DNA of 64,000 nt from Chamaesiphon sp. (lineage in GTDB: Bacteria > Cyanobacteriota > Cyanobacteriia > Cyanobacteriales > Chamaesiphonaceae): positions 32,001 through 96,000 of the forward strand of contig CBDFFH010000034.1 of assembly GCA_965246715.1 (NCBI GenBank), given 5' to 3'. The notes under the pieces were generated by a model that ran no database searches, was not told the origin of the DNA, and worked only from the letters and a program-made list of their open reading frames with translations. Below, piece after piece: positions 22,285 to 32,220 of the stretch. The translations under genes and the position numbers were made by a program. The stretch's first letter is position 1. Every line of letters begins with the position of its first letter.

Positions 22285-25200
22285 ATGATGCAGACGATCG
22301 AATTCTTAGCTTATCTTCGCAGTTTAGATATTCAAGTTTTTGTCGAAGGTGAAAAGTTTCGCTGTAACGCGCCTGAAGGGATTCTAACAGCAGAACTCAG
22401 AGCAGAAATCCAATCGCGTAAATCAGAAATTATTGGATGTTTAGCAGCAACTAATCACGATCTTCATCACAACTTTAAACCACTGGTACCGATTTCGCGA
22501 TCGAAAAATCTGCCGCTATCTTTTGCACAACAACGGCTATGGTTTCTCGATCGATTAATGCCGAATCATCCGTTCTATAACATTCCTCTCGCCCTAAATT
22601 TAACAGGTTCGATCGATACCGCAGCATTAGAGCAAACTTTTAACGAAATTGTTCGCCGACATGAAGCTTTACGCACCAAGATTGTCATGCAGTCAGGGCA
22701 ACCAGTTCAGGTAATTTATCCGACCCTCACCATCCCCTTGCCTGTCATCGATTTACAACAATTACCACCAGCCGAACGCGAAATCCGAGCCAAACAGCTC
22801 ACTATTGAAGCAACTCAACATCCCTTCAATCTATCAACCGAGCCGTTGCTCCGAGTAAAACTGCTGCGATTGGAACAGACGCGATCCATCCTACTACTAA
22901 CGTTGCACCACATTGTCGCCGATGGTTGGTCGATAGGAGTGCTGATGAACGAAATCGCCGCACTTTACCCAGCTTTTGTCAACAATCGCCCTTCGCCATT
23001 GCCGGAACTGCCCATCCAATACGCCGACTTTGCACACTGGCAACGCCAATCGTTACAAGGTGATATTTTAGCAGCACAACTCGGTTACTGGCAACAGCAA
23101 TTAGAGGGTATTTCGATCCTAAATTTGCCCACTGACAGACCGCGATTAGCCGCTCAAACCTATCAAGGCGCAAGACAACCGTTGCAATTGTCCAAAAGTT
23201 TGAGCTTGGCACTTTTAGCTCTGGGGCAGCAAGAAGGGGTAACTTTATTTATCACTCTCTTAGCAGCATTTCAAGTTTTACTTTACCGATATACACAGCA
23301 AGAAGATATCGCGATCGGTTCGCCAATTGCCAATCGCAACCGGAGTGAAATTGAAGAGCTAATTGGCTTTTTTGTCAATAGTTTAGTGTTACGTACCGAC
23401 CTGTCTGGAAACCCAACTTTTCGAGAAGTATTAAGTCGAGTAAAAGATGTAGCTTTAGGAGCCTATGCACATCAAGATTTACCTTTTGAAAAACTTGTTG
23501 AAGAACTGCACCCAGAGCGTAATTTAAATCAAAATCCGCTATTTCAAGTGGTGTTTGCGCTGCAAAATGCACCGATGATGGCGTTAGAGTTACCCGATTT
23601 AACTTTAAGCCCGCTACCGTTTGAAACGGAAACAACGCGATTCGATCTGGAGTTGCACTTATGGGAGCCAACTACTCAAAATGGATTGTGGGCAGATAGT
23701 TCGGAAGGAGTTAGTGGTTTTGTAATCTACAGTACCGCTCTATTCGATGATGCCACGATCGCCAGGATGTTAGAACACTTTCAAATATTACTAGAAGGGA
23801 TAGTTACTAATCCAGAACAGCAAATCGCCCACTTACCACTTTTGAGCAAATCTGAACTCGATTGTTTATTAGTTAAATGGAATGATACGCGCTTAGATTG
23901 TCCTCAAGATAAGTTAGTACATCAGTTATTTGAAAACGTCGCTAAACAGCATCCCGATGCGATCGCGTTAGTATCTGAAGACGAGCAGCTTACTTACGAA
24001 GAGTTAAATATTCGCAGCAATAAACTCGCACACTTTCTCACCAAGTCGGGAGTAAAAGCAGAAGCTTTAGTTGGGCTTTGTGTAGAACGTTCTTTCGATC
24101 TAGTTATTGGGATGTTAGGTATTCTCAAAGCAGGTGGAGCTTATGTCCCGATCGATCCAACCTATCCATCTGAACGTTTGAACCTAATGATTCAAGATGC
24201 TCGGATCTCAATGTTATTAACTCATGAATGCTGGCTCGAACGACTGGAAGATCGCGATATTCGAGTGATTTGTTTAGATAAAGATTGGGCAAGTATCGAT
24301 CGAGAAGCGGGAGCTAATCTCGATCGTCAAATGAGATTAAATAATCTTGCTTATGTTATTTATACTTCTGGCTCGACTGGCAACCCTAAAGGCGTGGAAA
24401 TCGAACAGCGAGGATTATTAAATCTCGTATTTTGGCATCAACACGCATTTGCAGTTTCACCAAGCGATCGAGTGACACAAATTAGTGGAGTTAGCTTTGA
24501 TGCTTGCGGCTGGGAGATTTGGCCTTATTTGAGTAGCGGAGCGAGTATTTATCTCGTACATGATGAGATCCGGCAAATGCCCGATCGATTGAAAGATTGG
24601 CTGATAGCAAAAGCGATAACTATTTGCTTTTTACCGACTCCTTTAGCCGAGCAATTTTTATTATTAGATTTCCCCGAACATACTACCTTACGCATATTAC
24701 TTACAGGTGGCGACAAACTAAATAACTATCCTCAAGCCGTTCCATTCAAATTATTCAACAATTATGGGCCGACTGAGAACACAGTCGTGACAACTTCGGG
24801 GCAAATTTTTATTGAAGATCGAGAAAATTTAGTACCTGCAATCGGTCGAGCGATCGCTAATACACAGGTTTACATCCTCGATAAATATTTACAGCCCGTA
24901 CCCGTCGGCATCTCAGGAGAAATATACATCAGTGGTGACGGCTCAGCACGAGGTTATTTAAACCGTCCCGAATTAACTGCCGAATGCTTTATCGAGCATA
25001 CTTTTAATAATAACTTAACAGCGCGACTTTACAAAACTGGCGATATAGCTCGTTATTTACCAGATGGTAATATTGAATTTTTAGGTCGGCTCGACGATCG
25101 CGTAAAAATTCGTGGCTATCGGATTGAGTTGGGTGAAATTGAAGCGGTATTAAATCATCACCCAGTAGTGCAGCAAGCTGTCGTGCTAATGTGTGAAAAT

Positions 25201-27024
25201 AACGAGGAGAAAAGCCTCTTAGCATATGTAGCGCCGAAGCTAGAATACAGTCGATCGCAGGAGCATAGTCAATTAATTCAATTGCAGGAAGAGCAAGTTC
25301 TACAATGGCAGATGCTCTATAATGAAACTTACGATCGACCTGTTAATTTCGATCCCAAATCGAATATTGTTGGTTGGAATAGTAGTTATACAGATCTACC
25401 TCTACCTGCCGAGCAAGTGCATGAATGGGTGGACAACCAAGTCGATCGAATATTGGCTTGGCAACCCGAACGAGTATTAGAAATTGGGTGTGGAACGGGG
25501 TTGATACTATTTAGAATTGCTCCTCACTGCGATCGATACTGGGGTACTGACTTTTCGCCAGTTTCGATTAGCTATATTCAGCAGCAGTTAGCACACCAAG
25601 AGCTACCACAGGTGGAACTATCCGCTCGAATGGCTACTGATTTCGATCGAGTATCAACAGCAGATTTTGATACGGTAATTCTCAACTCGGTCGTTCAATA
25701 TTTTCCAACGATTGATTATCTAATTGATGTCATCGCCGGGGCGATCGCAGCAACTACTCCAGGTGGTCGAATCTTCATCGGCGATGTGCGAAGTTTGCCC
25801 CTATTACAAGCTTTTCATACATCAGTGCAACTCGATCGAGCCGAACCTGCCCTCACCTGTTTCGAGTTACAGCAACGGGTACAGATGCAAATATTCCAAG
25901 AAACAGAATTAGTCATCGATCCAGCTTTTTTTACGGCTCTACAGCAACGCTTCCCGCAGATCGATCGAGTTCAAATTCAACTGATGCGAGGTAAATATCA
26001 TAACGAGTTAACTGCATTTCGTTATAATGCAATTCTTCAGATTGGAGATCGAACTATTAGTACCGAACCTATTAGCGATCGAGACGATTATCCAGTCCTA
26101 AATTGGTCGGAAGCAAATCTAACAATTTCAGCAGTACGTCAGTTATTAATTGACGATCGACCGGAAACATTAAACATTCTCAATGTACCTAATGCGCGGG
26201 TAATGTCAGCAGTTAAAACAGTAGCATGGCTAGCAGACGGCTCGGGCTATAAAACTGTCGGTCAAATCCGTAAGGCCTTGCAAGAAATCGAAAACTTGGG
26301 AGTAGATCCAGAAGATTGGGATGCGATCGATCTACCGTATCGTGTCGATATTACCTGGTCGAATTCTAGTAGTGAAGGTGATTATGACGTGATGTTTATC
26401 CGCCAAGACGTAGCCACACAAACTTTTTTCCCACATCGCCTGACTGAAGATCGCCCCTGGCAATCTTACGCTAATAATCCCCTCCAAGCCAAAGCCGCGC
26501 GGAAGTTAGTGCCGCAATTGCAAGGTTACCTGGCTCAAAAACTGCCTGAGTACATGCTGCCCTCAGCTTTTGTAGTATTGGAGTCTCTACCGCTCACAGC
26601 TAATGGTAAAATCGATCGCCGCGCCTTTAAAGCGTTGCACGATCCGATCGCATCTCGATCGCTCGTTGGCGTAGCCTCTCGTTTCGAGAATCGTTATATC
26701 GCACCTCGGACTCCTGTCGAACGAGCACTTGCGAACATTTTTGTTGAAGTTTTGGGACTCAAACGCGTCGGAATTTATGACAATTTCTTTGAATTAGGCG
26801 GTCATTCATTACTGGCAACTCAGTTTGTCTCCAGAGTCCGCGATGCCTTGCAGGTAGAGTTGCCGTTGCGAAGCGTATTTGAAGCATTGACAATCGATCG
26901 ACTAGCTACAGTGGTGGAAAGCCTGCAACACAATCCTCCAAGTCAAGCTCCAGCATTAGTACCACTCTCGCGAGAAAGTCGGCGGATGAAGTTACCTGCC
27001 TCGAACGAAGAAAGTAAGGGCTAG
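22285..27024 (+). CDS. NRPS module: N-terminal docking domain-C-A-N-methyltransferase-PCP (predicted N-methyl-Leu)
   Basis: TubC-N-like N-terminus, HHIVADGWS, VLEIGCGTG and LNSVVQYFP MT motifs, GGHSL; code DAWFLGNVVK; RBS AGAGG before ATG 22285. Confidence 0.94.
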   Translation: MMQTIEFLAYLRSLDIQVFVEGEKFRCNAPEGILTAELRAEIQSRKSEIIGCLAATNHDLHHNFKPLVPISRSKNLPLSFAQQRLWFLDRLMPNHPFYNIPLALNLTGSIDTAALEQTFNEIVRRHEALRTKIVMQSGQPVQVIYPTLTIPLPVIDLQQLPPAEREIRAKQLTIEATQHPFNLSTEPLLRVKLLRLEQTRSILLLTLHHIVADGWSIGVLMNEIAALYPAFVNNRPSPLPELPIQYADFAHWQRQSLQGDILAAQLGYWQQQLEGISILNLPTDRPRLAAQTYQGARQPLQLSKSLSLALLALGQQEGVTLFITLLAAFQVLLYRYTQQEDIAIGSPIANRNRSEIEELIGFFVNSLVLRTDLSGNPTFREVLSRVKDVALGAYAHQDLPFEKLVEELHPERNLNQNPLFQVVFALQNAPMMALELPDLTLSPLPFETETTRFDLELHLWEPTTQNGLWADSSEGVSGFVIYSTALFDDATIARMLEHFQILLEGIVTNPEQQIAHLPLLSKSELDCLLVKWNDTRLDCPQDKLVHQLFENVAKQHPDAIALVSEDEQLTYEELNIRSNKLAHFLTKSGVKAEALVGLCVERSFDLVIGMLGILKAGGAYVPIDPTYPSERLNLMIQDARISMLLTHECWLERLEDRDIRVICLDKDWASIDREAGANLDRQMRLNNLAYVIYTSGSTGNPKGVEIEQRGLLNLVFWHQHAFAVSPSDRVTQISGVSFDACGWEIWPYLSSGASIYLVHDEIRQMPDRLKDWLIAKAITICFLPTPLAEQFLLLDFPEHTTLRILLTGGDKLNNYPQAVPFKLFNNYGPTENTVVTTSGQIFIEDRENLVPAIGRAIANTQVYILDKYLQPVPVGISGEIYISGDGSARGYLNRPELTAECFIEHTFNNNLTARLYKTGDIARYLPDGNIEFLGRLDDRVKIRGYRIELGEIEAVLNHHPVVQQAVVLMCENNEEKSLLAYVAPKLEYSRSQEHSQLIQLQEEQVLQWQMLYNETYDRPVNFDPKSNIVGWNSSYTDLPLPAEQVHEWVDNQVDRILAWQPERVLEIGCGTGLILFRIAPHCDRYWGTDFSPVSISYIQQQLAHQELPQVELSARMATDFDRVSTADFDTVILNSVVQYFPTIDYLIDVIAGAIAATTPGGRIFIGDVRSLPLLQAFHTSVQLDRAEPALTCFELQQRVQMQIFQETELVIDPAFFTALQQRFPQIDRVQIQLMRGKYHNELTAFRYNAILQIGDRTISTEPISDRDDYPVLNWSEANLTISAVRQLLIDDRPETLNILNVPNARVMSAVKTVAWLADGSGYKTVGQIRKALQEIENLGVDPEDWDAIDLPYRVDITWSNSSSEGDYDVMFIRQDVATQTFFPHRLTEDRPWQSYANNPLQAKAARKLVPQLQGYLAQKLPEYMLPSAFVVLESLPLTANGKIDRRAFKALHDPIASRSLVGVASRFENRYIAPRTPVERALANIFVEVLGLKRVGIYDNFFELGGHSLLATQFVSRVRDALQVELPLRSVFEALTIDRLATVVESLQHNPPSQAPALVPLSRESRRMKLPASNEESKG
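26666..26689 (+). repeat. 24-nt small dispersed repeat (SDR5-like) inserted in frame into a CG^ATCG site
   Basis: TTGGCGTAGCCTCTCGTTTCGAGA; removal restores CGATCG; structural twin in cas5. Confidence 0.7.
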
Positions 27025-27286
27025 TTTTCATCTAGCAGGTAGCGTGTTAGACGACAATAAATCCAAAGCCAGGATCGCGATCGAGTGCATCCAGCAGCAG
27101 TAGCGGGGCAATAGCAAACCGTAAGCCAACGAGAATGCTAGGAATATTTACAAGTTCGATCTTCATGGAATCACTCGCACTATACTGAGATCGAGAAATT
27201 GCATAATTTCTCGATCTTTCCCCAAATTTAGATCGATCGTTACTGCTATTAACCTTAGCAGGGTAACCCCCACAGCAATACCTGAT

Positions 27287-29554
27287 ATGTCGAAACTAAT
27301 TTGCACTCGGAACGGCTGCAATGGCACCATCGATGATGGTTACTGCGATACCTGCGGCATGGCAGCGCTCAAATCTCAGTCGGAACTAGATATCGCCCTA
27401 GCTGCAACAGCTAGCAACCAACCGATTCAAACTGGCTCCCAGAGCCTCAAAACTGCACCAAATAGTGCCTCGATTACTACCGGGACAGGATCTAGTCCCA
27501 CCAGCAATCGATCGCGTGGTACCCGTCGCAGTGCGCCCACCATCGGGAAAAGCAGTCGCCGTCAATTGGGTGCAGGGTTGGTTTCGATTCCCGAATTACC
27601 TTCTACCGCGCCCGAATTAGCAGTTTTAGCAGAAGCCAAAGTACCGGAAAATAAACGATTCTGTGCTGGGTGCAATCAACTAGCGAAGCGGGATAAAGGG
27701 TTTTGTACTAAATGCGGCCAGAAATATAATTTTATCCCCAGTCTGCAACCTGGTGATGTGGTGGGCGCACAGTATGAAGTTAAAGGCGCGATCGCGTATG
27801 GTGGTTTGGGGTGGATCTATTTGGGATTTGACAAACTCCTATCGCGCTATGTTGTCCTCAAAGGGTTATTAAATAGCGAAGATGCGGCGAGTGCAGCGGT
27901 AGCATTGGCAGAGCGGCAATTTTTGGCAGCGGTAAAACATCCGAATATCGTGGGGATTTATAACTTCGTCACTCACGAGGCGGAGGGTTATATCGTGATG
28001 GAATATGTGGGCGGAAAAACGCTCAAAGAGATTCGTAAGGAGCGGGGGACATTACCAGTCGCCGAAGCAATCGCTTATATCCATCGGATTCTGGGTGCAT
28101 TTGCCTATCTCCACCAGTTAGGCTTAGTCTACTGTGACTTCAAACCTGATAACGTCATGCTCGAAGGGGATGATGTGAAACTCATCGATTTGGGTGGCGC
28201 GCGCAAAATTAACGACCCAGATGGGGATATTTATGGGACGATCGGTTATGCTGCGCCCGAAGCTGGCGAGGGGCCGACAATCGTGTCAGATTTATTTACG
28301 ATCGGGCGAACTCTAGCCGTACTGGTTACCAATATTCCGGGTTTCAGTCGCGAGCATGAATATACCCTGCCCAGCGCCAGTGAAGATCCGGTATTTGCCA
28401 AACAGGAATCATTCTATCGCTTCTTGCTCAAAGCCACAGCAGGAGCGGCTGATGACAGGTTTCAGACGGCAGAAGAAATGGCCGAGCAGTTGCTCGGTGT
28501 ACTCCGCGAAGTTGTCGCGCAAGAGACCAAAACACCGCGTCCAGCAACGAGTACGCTATTCGATGGCGATCGACTGGCGGTAACTGCTAGGGGCGATTTT
28601 AACCCGATCGTGCCGAGTTATTTACATTTACCCAATTTGCTCATCGATGCCAAAGATCCCGGCTTCAATGTCGTGCTAAATGCCAGTATGACGACAGATC
28701 TCGATCGGCGGATCGAGCAGTTGAATCAAGTTGTCAAGCAATTACCCAACTCGATCGAAGCTAAACTTCGACTAGCAAATAGCTCGATCGACAGAGCAGC
28801 CACCGCATCGGCAGGTGACTATACGGTCGCCGAAAACTTACTCGCCGCCGTCGCCCAACAAGATGCTTGGGATTGGCGGGTAGATTGGTATCGCGGACGC
28901 TCGCTGCTCGCCCAAAATCGCCCTCAAGAAGCGCAAGCGATGTTCGATCGGGTGTACTTTGATTTACCAGGAGAACTCGCCCCCAAACTCGCATTTGCCA
29001 TCGCTGCAGAGCTGGGACAAAAATACGCCCTCGCGACGCAAATGTACGAGCTAGTCGAGCGTACCGATCTCAATTACCCGACGGCGGCTTTTGGCTTAGC
29101 CCGCTGTCGCCTGATGCAAGGCAATCGCAATGCCGCAGTTGAGGCATTACAACAAGTGCCACAGACATCAAACTTATATACTAGAGCTAAGGTGGAAATC
29201 GCGCGAATATTAGTCGATCGCCAGTTACCCGTCGCGATTAATGTGCCCAAACATCCCCAGCCGACGATTTCCGAACTCCAATCGGCAACCCAAACAGTTG
29301 AATCGCTGACGATCGAAGGTATCGAACGCCATCGACTCGATCGCCAAGTGTTAGAAACTGCCCTAAATTTACTCACCTCTAAAGCGATCGTCGCTCAGGA
29401 TAGTTTAAAGATCTTAGGTCAACCATTACAAGAAATCAAACTCCGCGAAGGTTTGGAAAAAGTCTTGCGATCGATGGCACACTTAAGTACTGGCGATGAG
29501 AAGATTAATCTAGTAGATGAAGCTAATAAAGTTAGACCTAAAACACTATTTTAA
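27287..29554 (+). CDS. PknG-like Ser/Thr protein kinase (CxxC rubredoxin-like, kinase, TPR)
   Basis: CAGC/CTKC pairs, GGLGWIYL, VVLKGL, AERQFLA, YCDFKPDN, LIDLG, C-terminal PGELAPKLA TPR region. Confidence 0.85.
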   Translation: MSKLICTRNGCNGTIDDGYCDTCGMAALKSQSELDIALAATASNQPIQTGSQSLKTAPNSASITTGTGSSPTSNRSRGTRRSAPTIGKSSRRQLGAGLVSIPELPSTAPELAVLAEAKVPENKRFCAGCNQLAKRDKGFCTKCGQKYNFIPSLQPGDVVGAQYEVKGAIAYGGLGWIYLGFDKLLSRYVVLKGLLNSEDAASAAVALAERQFLAAVKHPNIVGIYNFVTHEAEGYIVMEYVGGKTLKEIRKERGTLPVAEAIAYIHRILGAFAYLHQLGLVYCDFKPDNVMLEGDDVKLIDLGGARKINDPDGDIYGTIGYAAPEAGEGPTIVSDLFTIGRTLAVLVTNIPGFSREHEYTLPSASEDPVFAKQESFYRFLLKATAGAADDRFQTAEEMAEQLLGVLREVVAQETKTPRPATSTLFDGDRLAVTARGDFNPIVPSYLHLPNLLIDAKDPGFNVVLNASMTTDLDRRIEQLNQVVKQLPNSIEAKLRLANSSIDRAATASAGDYTVAENLLAAVAQQDAWDWRVDWYRGRSLLAQNRPQEAQAMFDRVYFDLPGELAPKLAFAIAAELGQKYALATQMYELVERTDLNYPTAAFGLARCRLMQGNRNAAVEALQQVPQTSNLYTRAKVEIARILVDRQLPVAINVPKHPQPTISELQSATQTVESLTIEGIERHRLDRQVLETALNLLTSKAIVAQDSLKILGQPLQEIKLREGLEKVLRSMAHLSTGDEKINLVDEANKVRPKTLF

Positions 29555-29566
29555 AGAAAAGAATAT

Positions 29567-29797
29567 ATGCAGCAAAATCATGAATATGCGATAGAATCTA
29601 TTGATGAAGCTCTTGAACTAATTAATAGCTACTCTGGCAAAGTGGAAGATTTTGAGTTATCTATTTCTACAAAGTTACTAGATAATGTTGGAGTTTCAAT
29701 GGCAATTATTACAGATAAAATTCTATCAAAGGGTTGGATACCTCAAGGTTATCGCGAAGAGACTGGTAAGCGTATTTATAGATATACAGACATGTAA
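29567..29797 (+). CDS. Small hypothetical protein (AT-rich)
   Basis: 76-aa ORF starting 12 bp after the kinase stop. Confidence 0.5.
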   Translation: MQQNHEYAIESIDEALELINSYSGKVEDFELSISTKLLDNVGVSMAIITDKILSKGWIPQGYREETGKRIYRYTDM

Positions 29798-29843
29798 TCT
29801 TGAAATGAATGAATTTAAATGAATCTAGTTTGATAATATCTAA

Positions 29844-30149
29844 ATGCACGTACTCTCGATTCCTACTTGGATAATTCACGTTTCTAGTGTCATTGAATGG
29901 ATGACAGCGATTTGGTTGATTTGGCTCTATGCCGAAGCAAGTGGTAATTTAGCATGGCGCAGTTTATCATTGGGAATGTTGCCTGCCTTGGTAAGTGCGA
30001 TGTGTGCCTGTACTTGGCACATTTTTGACAATACGGTGGAGCTAGAATGGCTGGTCACTTTACAAGCAGCGATGACATTGGTAGGTAATATCACCATGTG
30101 TTGGGCTGGTTGGCAGATTAGCAAACAATCGATCGTTAATAACTCGTAA
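29844..30149 (+). CDS. Ycf49-like DUF2499 membrane protein
   Basis: MHVLSIPTWIIHVSSVIEW...AMCACTWH signature. Confidence 0.88.
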   Translation: MHVLSIPTWIIHVSSVIEWMTAIWLIWLYAEASGNLAWRSLSLGMLPALVSAMCACTWHIFDNTVELEWLVTLQAAMTLVGNITMCWAGWQISKQSIVNNS

Positions 30150-30151
30150 TT

Positions 30152-30357
30152 AACCCAAGCTGCCACCTCCTCAGTGCCAGCGATTAAAATCGCGGCTACT
30201 ATTACAAAGTCCGCCTGTCTTGAAAAGGTGCTCTACTTGGGGAAACCCCAAGACCACACTTTTCGCTTCGCGGACTAATATTTCAGTCCGCGAAGGCGGA
30301 CTTCGCATCACGAGCAGCGGTTTCTAACCGCTGAAATTATAGGTAGCAACTTAGGTT
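30152..30357. repeat. Composite REP-like element with a 51-bp nested insertion (30217-30267)
   Basis: Terminal IR AACCCAAGCTGCCACC/GGTAGCAACTTAGGTT; core AAAGTCCGCCT|TCGCGGACT interrupted by a hairpin-containing insert. Confidence 0.75.
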
Positions 30358-30412
30358 AATTAATATTTATGTAAATCTTCTCTTCGCATTCTAAGGTATC
30401 TCTAGGGTTAAA

Positions 30413-30703
30413 ATGTCCAAAGAAACATTATTTGCATTATCCTTATTTCCATATTTAGGATTTCTCTGGTTTATGACCAAAAAAGTGCAAACACCTAAAA
30501 TTGCACTGATTGGTTTTTATCTAACCTTATTATTCGTCGCAGTAACGATTCCGATCGGTGCATACGCCCAATTAAAATTGCACAAATCTCTAGCAGATGT
30601 CGATTTATTACATGGCGGAGCCGAATTTTTCTTGACTCTTTCTAATATCGTCATTGTCCTCGGTTTCAGCCAAGCGCTGAAATCGATTAAAGCTCAATCA
30701 TGA
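30413..30703 (+). CDS. DUF3593 membrane protein
   Basis: LFALSLFPYLGFL...LADVDLLHGGAE signature; usual neighbour of DUF2499. Confidence 0.85.
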   Translation: MSKETLFALSLFPYLGFLWFMTKKVQTPKIALIGFYLTLLFVAVTIPIGAYAQLKLHKSLADVDLLHGGAEFFLTLSNIVIVLGFSQALKSIKAQS

Positions 30704-31218
30704 ATTTTCGACAATCCAAAATCGAAGGAGCGTGCGCGATCGCGTTAGGTAGTAATTTAGGCGATTCGCGATCGATTCTCACAAACGCGATCGATCGGCT
30801 GCGATCGCATCTCCAGATCGAGCTGACAGCCGTTTCTAGCTGGTATCTCACCACACCTGTCGGCCCACCGCAACCGGATTATATCAATGGTTGTGCGACC
30901 CTCCAGACCAGTTTGCCACCCTTAGATTTACTCACTACATTACAGGCGATCGAGGCTGAATTCGGGCGGGTGCGGGAGCAGTACTGGGGCGCACGAACGT
31001 TGGACTTGGATCTGCTCTTATACGACAGTCAAATTATCGATACGCCTAGCTTAGAGGTGCCGCATCCGAGAATGACAGAACGTGCATTTGTCCTGATTCC
31101 ACTAGCAGAAATCGCCCCGAATTGGATCGAACCCAGATCTGGTGAATCGATCGCTGACTTATGCGCCAAGCTAGAATATGCTGGTGTCGAGCGATTGCCC
31201 TCAGTTCATCATTTATAA
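30700..31218 (+). CDS. folK: 2-amino-4-hydroxy-6-hydroxymethyldihydropteridine diphosphokinase
   Basis: ALGSNLG, RTLDLDLL, PHPRMTERAFVLIPL. Confidence 0.96.
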   Translation: MNFRQSKIEGACAIALGSNLGDSRSILTNAIDRLRSHLQIELTAVSSWYLTTPVGPPQPDYINGCATLQTSLPPLDLLTTLQAIEAEFGRVREQYWGARTLDLDLLLYDSQIIDTPSLEVPHPRMTERAFVLIPLAEIAPNWIEPRSGESIADLCAKLEYAGVERLPSVHHL

Positions 31219-31224
31219 TTTTTT

Positions 31225-31773
31225 ATGCCGCTAGGAAACGAACCAGCCAAAATTCTCCAACACAAGCTGCATTATCAAGGACGGAAGTTTTCCTTTAATG
31301 TCGATCGGATCGAGTTGCCAAATGGTGCCATTGGTGAGTGGGAGCACATCCAGCATCCTGGCGGCGCACTGGCGGTGCCGATTACACCCGATGGCAAGTT
31401 AGTATTAGTCGATCAATATCGATTTCCGACACGAGGACGCGTATTAGAATTTCCCGCAGGAACATTAGAAGTCGGCGAAGCGCCGATAACCACAATTGCG
31501 CGTGAAATAGAAGAAGAAACTGGATATCGCGCGAGTAAAATCCAAGATTTAGGTGAATTTTTTCTCGCGCCTGGTTATTGCGATGAGATTATTTATGCTT
31601 TCTTAGCCACAGAGTTAGAGCAGCTAGAAACACAGCCGCCTGGAGATGATGATGAAGATATTAATGTGGTATTGATGACTCCCGCAGAATTTGAAACGGC
31701 AATTCATAGTGGCAAACCAATCGATGCTAAATCGATTGCGGCTTATTTTCTTGCTAGTAAATTCTTACGTTAA
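31225..31773 (+). CDS. NUDIX hydrolase (ADP-ribose pyrophosphatase-like)
   Basis: Nudix box G.LEVGE......REIEEETG. Confidence 0.9.
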   Translation: MPLGNEPAKILQHKLHYQGRKFSFNVDRIELPNGAIGEWEHIQHPGGALAVPITPDGKLVLVDQYRFPTRGRVLEFPAGTLEVGEAPITTIAREIEEETGYRASKIQDLGEFFLAPGYCDEIIYAFLATELEQLETQPPGDDDEDINVVLMTPAEFETAIHSGKPIDAKSIAAYFLASKFLR

Positions 31774-32039
31774 GAGTAGCCAAAACTCGATGGCTTGCAC
31801 TTTAAACTTAGCTAGTTCGCAACATCGAGCGTCTCAATTTTGCCAGTGAATGCGATATTTTATGCCAAAATTGCAATTTCCCATCAAGAAAAGTTAACGA
31901 TCGTTGTCGAAGCGAGAGCGGTCGCCCAATAATAAAAGTGGATACCAAGCAACCTCAGAGTTCTTGCCAGCGTTAGAACCTCGCGTTCGTCGCCACAGCC
32001 TGACAACCCGAAATCGTCAACACTATCGAGGATCTTCTT

Positions 32040-32162
32040 GTGAACGTTCAAATTATCTTACCGTTTCTCACCATTCCCTTCATCTTAGGTGCCCTATTTT
32101 TCGGCACCCGCAATGGCTTTTATGACTCGGATAAGTATCATGGCAATGGCTCCGCTCACTAA
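32040..32162 (+). CDS. ndhP: NDH-1L complex small subunit NdhP (40 aa, not in the ORF track)
   Basis: GTG start after GAGGA; MNVQIILPFLTIPFILGALFFGTRNGFYDSDKYHGNGSAH with the NdhP C-terminal signature. Confidence 0.9.
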   Translation: MNVQIILPFLTIPFILGALFFGTRNGFYDSDKYHGNGSAH

Positions 32163-32220
32163 CTTGCGACCAACCGATCGACTAGACTGAGAGCGAGCCG
32201 ATCGGGACTTATCCTGGATA

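Noticed and set aside
31904..32125. 73-aa ORF, or 6S RNA, upstream of the beta-CASP gene
   Set aside because: Overlaps ndhP out of frame; no recognisable 6S features
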